Assembly (NCBI RefSeq): GCF_001194135.2 | Contig: NC_068981.1 | Coordinates: 20,115,443-20,179,442 of the forward strand | Source of the DNA: Octopus bimaculoides | Taxonomy: Eukaryota | Direction of reading: 5' to 3' | Length of the DNA: 64,000 nucleotides | Shown: one piece after another, positions 53,150 to 64,000 of the stretch | Position numbering within the stretch: the stretch's first letter is position 1 | How the letters are laid out: every line of letters starts with the position of its first letter | Notes under the pieces: generated by a model | Database searches by the model: none | What the model was told of the DNA's origin: nothing | What the model saw: only the letters and a program-made list of their open reading frames with translations | Translations under genes and position numbers: made by a program

Positions 53150-54286
53150 TTTTTTTTCTGTAGTTTCAGCTCAGAGCTGCAGCTATGCTGATGCACTGCT
53201 GTTTTGCTACACTGTTATTACTGAGAGCCTCCTCCAATATGTGGCACTTGGTGAAGAATGGAGTTTGATGTAGCTACCCTCATTTGCACCTCTTTCTGTG
53301 AAGTAGGTTCATCTGGGACCCTCAACAGGAAGAGGTACAGCCTTGATTTAAAAATGCCTACATCTACTTTGTGCAGGTTCCTCAGGCTCTTTGAGAGAAT
53401 ATTAAAAAGCTGTGGGCCCCTGAAACCCAGGCTGTTGCAGTAACTGGTCCTGAAGCACAATGGTGTTGCTGAGATCTGTGGCACTGTGCAGTGTCGACCC
53501 TTTCTGGCATTGGTGTAGCTTTCAATGCGAAAATTTGGCACAATTCCTTCCAGGATCTTCGAGATGTATATATTACTGCATACCTCTCCTGCCTTCGCTC
53601 CAGAGAGTAGAGTCTTAGCTGTTTCAGCCTTTTCCCAGTAGCTGAGCTGTTGCAATGAGACGATCTTCTTTGTGAAGCTTCACTGAACTGCTTCAAGGTC
53701 CGCTGTTAATTTTACACTGTCGGGTGACCATAGCTGGGAGCAGTAATCCAGGCGGATGAGGACAAATGTCCTCCATAGGACCATCATGGTTTCCTTATCT
53801 CTGGTTCTGAATGTTCTCAGGATCCATCCAGCCAGTCTTCTGCACTTGGTCGCCATCCTGGTCATGAGAATTTGGAAAGAGGTATCATCACTCATGTCAA
53901 TACTCAGGTCCCTCACTGATTTAGGCTCTGGGATTTAAATTCCCTGTGGACCTGTGGACCCTGTAAGTTTCATATTCAGTTTTGGACACTGGTAGAGCAG
54001 GGCTTGGAATTTTGCAGCATTAAACTACATATTATTATCCTCAGCCTATCTGTAAATTGAGTCCAACTCCTGCTGCAGATGTGCAACATTGCTGGGGTTC
54101 TTTATTTTCTGCAAGACTTTCCTATCATCTGCGTAGCTAGTAAGGGTGGCTATCCGGGCAGTTGAGGGCATATCTGAGAGGGCCACTATGAAAAGCAATG
54201 GTCCCAAGATAGTGCGCTGTGGAACACTGCTCGCTATTTGTGTTTTCATTGAAATGGCTCCATTGGCCACTACTGCTTGACTTCTA
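53150..54286 (-). mobile_element. 5'-truncated CR1-group LINE (RT domain C-half to 3' tail), pseudogenised
   Basis: Motifs: VPQRTILGPLLF, SYADD (54124-54135), VRDL, GWILRTF, RLDYCSQLWSP, LRLYSLERRQERY, RKGRHC, GPQLFNIL. Ends in an A-rich tail. Possible 7-bp TSD TATGTAT at 53143-53149 and 54287-54293, though this is low complexity. Confidence 0.93.
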
Positions 54287-56429
54287 TATGTATAATGTCT
54301 CTTCCATTATCCTCAGTATACCACAGAACTAACCTTTATTTCAACAAACTCTTCAATGTCTCTCTCTCTTTTCCTCTCTTTCTTGGAATATATTATACCA
54401 TCCTAGGTCCCATACTACCGTCTATGCCTAGTCCTTCCCCCACAGAATGTCAGCTATCTTGATGCTTTCTCTCTGCACATGTTTTTCTTGTGACTGTCAA
54501 TTTACAGCAATTCAAAAGAAATGTTAACAACATTAATCTCATTGATCTCAGAGGGCTTGCATAAGTTATGGGTACAGCCTGTTCCTCTGAGAAGCTTCTT
54601 CACAAACCCATAGTTTTGGGCCCTTGATAGATACAAACTGTACAAAGCCTGTTGTATGTGTATGTGTGTGTGTGTGTGTTTTTACATTCAGCGCTTGCAT
54701 GAATGGCCACTACAAATATTGTTGTCTAATGGACATGTCAATAAATTGTCCTGTAGCTCTGTGCTTTTGAAGATAAGTATAATGAAAACTCCTTTACATG
54801 AAGGACAGGTATGGTTAGTGGTAGGAAGGGCATCTAGCTGCAATAAACAATACCTCAACAAATATGTGTCTAACCCATGGTAGTATGAGAAAACCAGTAT
54901 AAACTGAATGAGAAAATATTATGTGTGTTTGTGTGTGTGTGTGAGTGTGTGTGCACGTGTGTGTGTGTGCAGATATAGATATACATAGAGAGAAAGAGAG
55001 AGAAAGAAAGATACATCATATATCTACATATATAGTTCTTTTAAGCTAGCATATTCTGCTGTTTTGCTAAAACAATCTATGTTGCTTTTATAGATTTTTA
55101 AGGTAGTGAAAAAAACCCCATCATTTGTTGCAGTTTTCAATTGGTTTCTTTTCATAAATATATCTTTATATCCAATTCCACTTATGTTAACATTTCCTAA
55201 ATTTCCCATCTGACACCCACCATCTGCTATGATTTCAGACCAATTCATCCATTCTCATCACTTTTCTCTCTACTGGCTTACAAGCCTTTATACTGGCTAC
55301 TATTATCACATTTTGTTTTGTATACAAATGTATAGCTATTGTCCCACATCACAATATATATTGGCATCAACTCACAACATGTACACCAGACTTTTGTTTT
55401 CTTCAACCGCGCAAAATAAAGATGATTTTTTTTTTACCTCACTATATGTGAAGAAGTAAATGCATTATTCTGTGGAGTTATACTTGATTTCAAGCCTCTT
55501 GAGTAATTAGCAGAAATTATTCATGCTTCAGATAAGAACATTTCACTTGTCGCTTATAATATCTTTAAGAGAGGTTAAAATTTACCATTTCCTTTGCAGC
55601 TCCTGAAACCATTAAGAAATTGCCTCCATCTGGCAATCTGTGAATCAGTGACTGGAATTTTCATCTAATTCACCATGTTTCTTAGAAATTGAGCTTCTAG
55701 TAGAGGCTTTTAACATATTTCAGTCCCTTGGAAGCAGGTATATTGCGTATCTCTAAAACTACCTCCAGACATGATTAATAGCTACTCTTCAACTAAAAGG
55801 TTTGCTAAGGAAATACCCTTGTCATTTTACTCTAAGACTTCCAACCAAATTGCTGAGGGGAATTTTTACTTTCAAAATTTTCTTTTTCTTTTTTTTTTTT
55901 TTTTCAGGCTAGATGAGGTTGTGCCACAGTTGCATTAAGGCTTATAGTATTTATACATAATATAACAGTGCCAGTACCTTACATGTATTAGTAACATTAT
56001 TGTGTACCCATCATTAGTAGTGAAATGTAATAAATTTTCTAAATTTTCTGATCATGACTTGAATTTGGTATATATACATGTGCATAGATGTGTGCATGTG
56101 TGTTTGTTTATATATAACAGTGCATAAAAGTGTATCAAGTTGCATCTTATATCAGAAAGGTAATTTGATCACTTGTTGAATAGAGTTCATTAATATAAAT
56201 ACCAAATTGAAGTAAGTACTGCAGTTTACATGATCACTAAAACCATTGAAGGTGGTGCCCAGCAATCCAATGTCTGAAATCTGTGAAAGACTTAAAAAAT
56301 ATATTAGTATTAAAGATTCTACCTTCCATCTTAGGTGAAACTATACACTGTCCATGAAATATAGTCCAGCTAACATTGCTAGTTTGACAATACTGACAAT
56401 CAACATTGTAATATATCAATATTTTATAC

Positions 56430-56650
56430 ATCATAAGGTGGAAAGCTAGCAGTGTTGTTAGCATGCCAGGCAAAACGCTTAGAGGCATTTTGTCCATCTT
56501 TGTGTTCTGAGTTCAAATTCCACCAAGCTTGATTTTGCCTCTCATCCTTTTGAGGTCAATAAAGTAAGTACCAGTTGAACACTGGGGTCGCTGTAATCAA
56601 CTTACCCCCTCCTCTGAACTTGCTGGACCTGTGCAAAAATTTGAAACCAT
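56430..56650 (+). mobile_element. Family-B SINE, decayed
   Basis: aaggtggaaagctagcag...ctgagttcaaattcc...gtaccagttgaacactggggtc...gtgcaaaaatttgaaacc. Confidence 0.8.
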
Positions 56651-59220
56651 TTTGATGCTTTTAGGTGTTTCTCTGACATATATTACAACTGACACTGTCA
56701 GATATCTCTATACCATGTGGTGGTTAGCACAGTTGTATAGTATACAACATGTGGCATTTGAATCTCACATGCGACACTATAACTTTTTTTTCCATTTTTT
56801 TCTTCAATATTAGATATATATGATATTATACTTTGAATACTATGTGGAGTGAGATGCCCATTGATCGGTCACTAGTATATCATTGCAACTACTTAATTTA
56901 TGTCTACTGAAAGTGATGTTATATGTTTATATTAAATACACCTTTGCTAACAGATATCTCTCTGTCATACTTTCAAATGTCTCTGCAACATGCACCACGA
57001 CTGACATTGTTTGATATTGTTCTGGCATACACCACTGCTGACACTAAACTGTCATGCATCACAGCTGATATTGTCAGATATTTGTATGCTATACAAACAT
57101 CTAACAGCATCAACAATACTACTGGATGCATGTACAACAGATACAACCACTAATATTTTATATATATTAGGTTCAGGCATGACTGTGCGGTTAAGAAGTC
57201 TGCCTTGCAGCCATGTGCTTTGAGAATCAGGCCTAATGCACAGCATCTTGGGAAAATGTCTTTTGTTATTGCTCAGCTTAACCAATACTTCTAAGGGATC
57301 TTGGTAGACAAGAACTGCACTTAGCCCATCACACACACATACACACACACTCGCATGTGTGCATGAGAATGTTTACATTCTGTGCTGAACTGACCTATGG
57401 ACAGTCTTGTTTGATAACACTTCCTAGTCAACCAATAATCTGATAGCTCTGTGCTTTCAGATGTGTAGAATGAAAGCTGCCTTCCTGAAAAACAGATAAT
57501 GGTTAGGAACAGGAAGGACATCTGACTGTAAGACAATGCCTCAGTAGTATGTTTCCATCTAACACTTGGTAGCATGGAAAAATGGATGTTAAATAAATAA
57601 ACAAGCAAACATTATATGTATATTAAAACTTTACTGCAGTCCTCATTAGTAAATATGGATATTGACACTGCTCTTATTGTGATGCACTTTTACACAGTAA
57701 GCACACTTTCGTTTACTTCTATTTGTTGTCTGACAAAAGAGCCCTCTTCTACTTCCCTACTTATTAGTTAGCAATCATACCGGCACCTAGCTGCAAAGAC
57801 AATATCCAAATGTAACAATTTACAAAGAAAAAAAAAGAAACAAATTCTGACCACACTAACCAAGAATGGAAACCAATAAAAGGAAAATACAACAGAGAAA
57901 CAAATAGGCAGCTGATTATTCTAAATTATTTATAGATACCATTTTCTCCCAGCTGCTGTTATTATTATAGTCATATATTATGACTACTATAGTGTTATTG
58001 TGAAGACAACACTATTTACTTTGAGTACTTCTATATAACTCTTTCTAGATTGCATGTGTGAAGTATGAGAAAAATGTTTATACATTTCCTTCTGTCTTCA
58101 TTTTGCTTTGTGCTGATTACTTTATAAATATGTCCTCAAAATATTACATAATACACTTCAAAATTTACTTGTAGTCAAGTCAGTTTTTCTGTAATCTTTT
58201 AGACATCTTAAAACCAAACCAATTCCAACCTCCAAGTAAAGCAAGTGATTATTTTCAGCTCTGTTTAATCAAGAGAATTACATAATTAAACACTCATAAT
58301 TAGAGTGATTTTACCTGATGCTAATGCCAGAGATTAATATCAACATTAGATTAACAACAACAACAAGCAAACACTGCCATCACTAATAAACTACCTTTGC
58401 TTAATCATTCAATTCATATCTTTAAAAAAAAAACAATTTCATTTAATAAAGCATTATTTCTATTACAACGTCATGTTTGTTGAGCTGGGGATTATTTTAT
58501 AACTCCAACAAATTGTATTTATTTATAAAAATATATTATAAATTTGGCAAAATACTATTTTATGCATTTTTTTTTTCATGCAACTGTGAAATGGTGTTGA
58601 ATCAGTTAAAAGATATTGAGATATAACTTTGTTTAATATAAATTGTCATCATCATTCAATATCCTTGATTCCTACTGGCAGGGACAGTTTGACAGGATCT
58701 GATGAATCTAATGACTACATTGTGGTCCACTAACTATTTTGGCATTGTTTCCATAGCTGGTTGCTTTTTATCATGTCACCAGCAGTAACCCTTTTGAGTG
58801 TGCCTACTTCTAAAAGGATTAGTGTCAGAAAGGGACTTTTGAAAGTCTCCAGTAACCCATGCCAACGTGGAAAAGCTGAACTGAAAGAAATTATGATGAT
58901 TCTTGCTCTCTTAAGTTACGTGTGTAGGTTTGGCTGACAATGTACTCACCATGACTGTTAAGAGCTACTGTGAAGAATAGTTTGTCTTTATATTATGTGA
59001 TGGAGTACAAGTTACAACTACCACAAGGGCTCTAAGTGACACTCTATCTTGTAATCAGTTTTTATTCAGGAGTCCTTCTCTCCTAGATATTGTTTTCTTT
59101 ACTTCAACTTGTGTGATTAGGACAGAATTCTTTTTCATATATTATGTTTGTTCAGTCAATCTTTTTGACTGAGCTAAGAATCCACATCACTGCAGGATGC
59201 AAAGGAAGGGTTTAAACTAT

Positions 59221-59254
<34 letters not shown>

Positions 59255-61590
59255 TATATATATNNNNNNNNNNNNNNNNNNNNNNNNNNNNNNNNNNNNN
59301 NNNNNNNNNNNNNNNNNNNNNNNNNNNNNNNNNNNNNNNNNNNNNNNNNNNNNNNNNNNNNNNNNNNNNNNNNNNNNNNNNNNNNNNNNNNNNNNNNNNN
59401 NNNNNNNNNNNNNNNNNNNNNNNNNNNNNNNNNNNNNNNNNNNNNNNNNNNNNNNNNNNNNNNNNNNNNNNNNNNNNNNNNNNNNNNNNNNNNNNNNNNN
59501 NNNNNNNNNNNNNNNNNNNNNNNNNNGTGCTTTTCTTTGTCCCCACCACTGCTTGACAAGTGTTGGTTTGTTTATGCTCCCACAACTTAGCTGTTTGGCA
59601 AAAAGACACCTCTAAAATAAGTATCAGACTTCAAGAAAAATAAGCATTGGGTTCAATTTGTTCAACTTAACCCTTCAAGGCAGTAATCCAGCATGGCTGC
59701 AGTCCAGTGATCAAAACAAGTAAAATTAACAATATATAAAGTAAAATTAACAATATATATATGCACGCGCATGTGCACACACACACACACACTATGGGAG
59801 CCATCACTAGGGTTACTAGAAAGAATACTGTCATTCAGTCTTTGATTCCCTCTAGTTGAAGACATTTTGTTGCAAACATTTGGGACCAGGTCTTGAATCT
59901 GAGGATAATTTTTTCCTCTCCTCCTACAGGTCATGGAGGCCCTGGAAAGAATCGTTATTCTTAATCTTTGTCTTCTATTTAAGTCATTAAAGAATAGGTT
60001 TGTCTATGCTATGTAGACAGAAGAAAGGTACTTAGGCTAATGGCATTATTTCCCATTAAGGTGCTAATAGTGTGTTTTACAGCTGTCTCATAATAGATAT
60101 AATAATTACTTAATTGCTGACATTTCCAACTATAAAATTCTGCAAACACTAGAAACTTTTTTGTTGTTATTTTTTTTATGCTCTTTTATAGTAATATGTT
60201 TACACTAACTTGCCTTTATTGTTTTCTGTGTGGATGGATTGTGTCTCTAAATTACTTTATTTCTAAACATTTTTATTATCCTCTGCCTACCAGTGTACAA
60301 CCTCGTGTATTTGCTTGGTGATTCTTTCATCACAACTTCAGCAAGTACAAGGAGACTATGTTTTACTGATGAGGTCAGAATAATACTAAAACATGTCCAG
60401 TGTTGTCTTACACACATGTCAGAAAATGCAAATGATATTAGGTAATTTATTTATAACAATTTTTACTTACATTTAAAAATATTTTCACACCAACGTATCC
60501 AAAAATTTTTTTTTTTTTACCATTGTCTGATATTACATTTGACAAATTTCTGTATCTATATTCTCACATGAGTTATGCCGTAAACTATATTTCCATGTAG
60601 AATACTTCAGATAGATAGCTGATTACAACCATGTGTGGATCTTGAAGTGGATTATATAATCCTGTTTCTGTAAGCAAATCTAAGTATTAAATTATTCCTG
60701 CTCCCATTACATTATTACGATCCAACTTGTGCTATCAATATTGCAGTCATATGCTTGTTAATACCTACTCTCGAGCAATTTTCCTTCCATTTATACAACT
60801 ACCTGGTGAAATATTATGTTTGCAAGCACATTACTTAACTGATACTTTACTATAACTTAACCACTGCTTCTGAAAGAAAAATTTGCAGTTTCACAATAAA
60901 TAAATAAATAAGTAAATAAGGGAAGTTGTAAGGAAATACTAACAACATAAATAACTAAGAATGGTAAGACGACTACAATTTACTGGACTACTCATTTACA
61001 CACACTCAAATATTTGCAAATGACCCTAACTAGCACCACACTTCCTAAATAGTTTTTAGCTTCCCTAGCGAAGGCTGCAGTAGTATTTATGTTCCACCTC
61101 CCAATTTAGTTTTTCTTGTATTGTTTCAAATTTATAAGCCTCCTCATCTCTATAATCAGTATTTTATGTTTTGACATTGCGTAAGAACTTTACAATATTC
61201 ATGCAATTTTTCTTCTTCTTTTAAATAATGTTTTCTGTTTTTATCTGCTCTTCAGTATTTCTGAAAGAGAAATTTTTTTTAGCTATTAAAGTATAGCTCT
61301 GTGTGTGTATGTGTGTGTGTGTGTGTGCATGCGTGCATGTGCACATGTGAGTGTGGGGGTGGGGGTGAGGAATGACTGGGGAAAGAGAGTAGGGGAAAGA
61401 AAGAAAAGGAAAAGGATGGTAAGAGAGAGAAAGGAAGAGAAAAAAAAACAGATTTGTTTGCACGAAGATATATGTACCATTATCTATATTTGAACATAGA
61501 ATTTACTTTCTGTCTGTCTCTTTCCCTCTCAGAACACACACACACACATGTATGTCTGTATATTTCTATTTAAAAAACTTAGTCTTTCTC

Positions 61591-61622
<32 letters not shown>

Positions 61623-62782
61623 CCACACACACGATACACATACCATATATCTGAGGCTTTAAGATGCTACACAGTGGGATTGGACCTGGAACTATGTGAT
61701 TGCAAAGCAAACTTTTTGACCACATTGCTATGCATGTGCCTCATCATCATCATCCTCATTGTACTTTTACAATTGCTTTACAGGCTGGCATGGGTTGGAC
61801 AAGTCATCACAGCTTGAATCATCTCTTATTAGGACTTGCTGCTGCTACAAAGATTAGCTTAGTTTTTACAGCTTGATGCCTTTCCAATTGCTAATCAGTT
61901 TACAGAGGGTACAGGGCGCATTTTATCATAGTACAAACACTAGAGAGGTTGAATAGACCTCACAACCCTACACTTTCCTTACCTTTTTAGTTGATCACTT
62001 TACAATGTGATCAACATTGGGGGTATTTTCATGACACCAGCCCTAGAGGGGCAGCTTCATCCACCATTCACCTGGAGAGGGAGCAGGGCAGATTCTGTCA
62101 GCACAAGTACAGCCAGTGAGGTGCCTTGTACACAGCACATATGCAGAGTACTCACTAACCTAATATATGTAGACCAAGGAGGATAGGAGAGAGAATATAA
62201 TGTTAGCAGAAAGACCAGACATGGACAGTTGAGAGGGAAGATAGGAGTGTAAGTGTTGAGAGTATTAGCATATTTGTTCAAGTGATCTAGAATTGGTGAG
62301 AGAGTAATGAGTAATGACATTAGAAGAACCAGAATGGGCGAGGGTGGAGGGAGGAAGCAAGGGTATGATCAGAAAACAATAGGGATATTTGGAAGTGTGG
62401 AGTAATTGGCAATAGCAGAGTTGAACAAAAGTAAGGGTTGGTGATGAGACAAAGGCAATGAATTTTTATTTAGTACCAACAATTTTGTTGCACAAACTGT
62501 AACCAGGTGTATGTTCATGTGAAAGTAAAATAAGAGGAATGGACTTATAGGTGCAATTGGGTAGTAGCAGAGTGAGAATAAAAGAGTAGACACTCATTGA
62601 AAGGAGAGAGTATGAAGGTAAATGGTTAGTATCAGGAATTACAGACAAAAGTAGAAAGGTAACCAAATGGGGACTAGTCAAATATGATACCTACCCAATG
62701 TATCATTCAGTTGAGTTTGCAGATATTCCAGTACTGAAGGTAAAGTTATTTCCTTCCAGCACCACACACACACACACACACA

Positions 62783-62832
<50 letters not shown>

Positions 62833-63659
62833 NNNNNNNNNNNNNNNNNNNNNNNNNNNNNNNNNNNNNNNNNNNNNNNNNNNNNNNNNNNNNNNNNNNN
62901 NNNNNNNNNNNNNNNNNNNNNNNNNNNNNNNNNNNNNNNNNNNNNNNNNNNNNNNNNNNNNNNNNNNNNNNNNNNNNNNNNNNNNNNNNNNNNNNNNNNN
63001 NNNNNNNNNNNNNNNNNNNNNNNNNNNNNNNNNNNNNNNNNNNNNNNNNNNNNNNNNNNNNNNNNNNNNNNNNNNNNNNNNNNNNNNNNATATAATTTTC
63101 TACCTTGTTATATAGATATCATTTCTCATTTTCTTGCTTTTTTTGACTCCCATTGCCTATTTTTCTCTCACACTATCTTTTCACTTCTTATTCAGTTTAA
63201 TTCTTCCTCTCTTCCTCCCCATCTCTCTCTCTCTGTCCCACCTCCCTCTTTCTCCCTCTTCCATCTTCTCCTATCTACATTCCTCAACTCCCACTTCTAT
63301 TTTACCTAAGTATCAGTATGACATGATTAAAGTATCAGAAAATCCAATTCTAAATACTCTTTAACCATTCTCTATATTCTTGATTCCTTCCTTAATCTTT
63401 AATCCACTGTTAATCCTATTCTATCCCACTTTCATCCTTTTTCTATATTTCACATCTTTTGACATCCAAACCTGTTTCTCAAATAAATCCACATTTAAAG
63501 ATATTTGTTCTTATAAACTCTATTGCTGTTACATTAAAAAGTTCCTACACTAACCATGCAAGTAGATGCATGCATACACACACATGTATATGTGCATGTG
63601 TATATATGTCTGTGTATGTAAATATATGTATGTGTGGGTATATATATCTATATATATAT

Positions 63660-63815
63660 GTGGTTGGCGTTAGGAAGGGCATCCAGCTGTAGAAACTCTG
63701 CCAAATCAGACTGGAGCCTGGTGTTGCCATCCGGTTTCACCAGTCCTCAGTCAAATCGTCCAACCCATGCTAGCATGGAAAGCGGACGTTAAACGATGAT
63801 GATGATGATGATGAT
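63660..63815 (+). mobile_element. 5'-truncated family-C retroposon in a (TA)n tract
   Basis: Differs from 13897-14040 at only a handful of positions. Has a (GAT)n tail and atatatatatg on both flanks. Confidence 0.92.
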
Positions 63816-63894
63816 ATATATATGCACACATGTATACACATATATGTGTGTGTCTATATATGCTTGTGTGTGTGTGTGCATGTATTCTTTTCTT

Positions 63895-64000
63895 TTATTT
63901 GTTTTAGTCATTTGACTGCAGCCATGCTGGCGCACCAACTTTAGTGAAACAAATTGACCCCAAGACTTATTCTTTGTAAGTCCAGTACATATTCTATTGG
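63895..64000 (-). mobile_element. 3' end of a family-A SINE running off the window
   Basis: tttagtcatttgactgcagccatgctggcgcacc...gaccccaagacttattctttgtaag. Confidence 0.85.

Overview
AT-rich eukaryotic genomic DNA, dense in microsatellites and interspersed repeats, with seven assembly gaps. The repeats include tRNA-derived SINEs (one with a tRNA-Arg-like head, others with CORE-like heads), RTE- and CR1-type LINE fragments, and mariner-type transposons. This content points to a cephalopod, most likely Octopus; that is inferred from repeat families, not from a database search. I found no intact protein-coding gene, rRNA, true tRNA gene or CRISPR array. All ORFs with recognisable homology are decayed transposon genes: a full-length mellifera-like mariner, a truncated maT-like transposase, two CR1-group LINE fragments and two RTE fragments. 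The rest of the ORF track is translated microsatellite or repeat. The window looks intronic or intergenic, with only weak isolated splice-signal candidates. Most notable observations: (1) a near-complete minimal type-I hammerhead ribozyme motif at 36073-36117, plus a decayed relative at about 60365; (2) a 3' stem-loop tail shared by the dominant SINE and a LINE in this window; (3) a 402-bp fold-back inverted duplication; (4) a cluster of three copies of an unclassified element forming a long inverted repeat; (5) a candidate 8-nt microexon. None of these has been tested computationally or experimentally.
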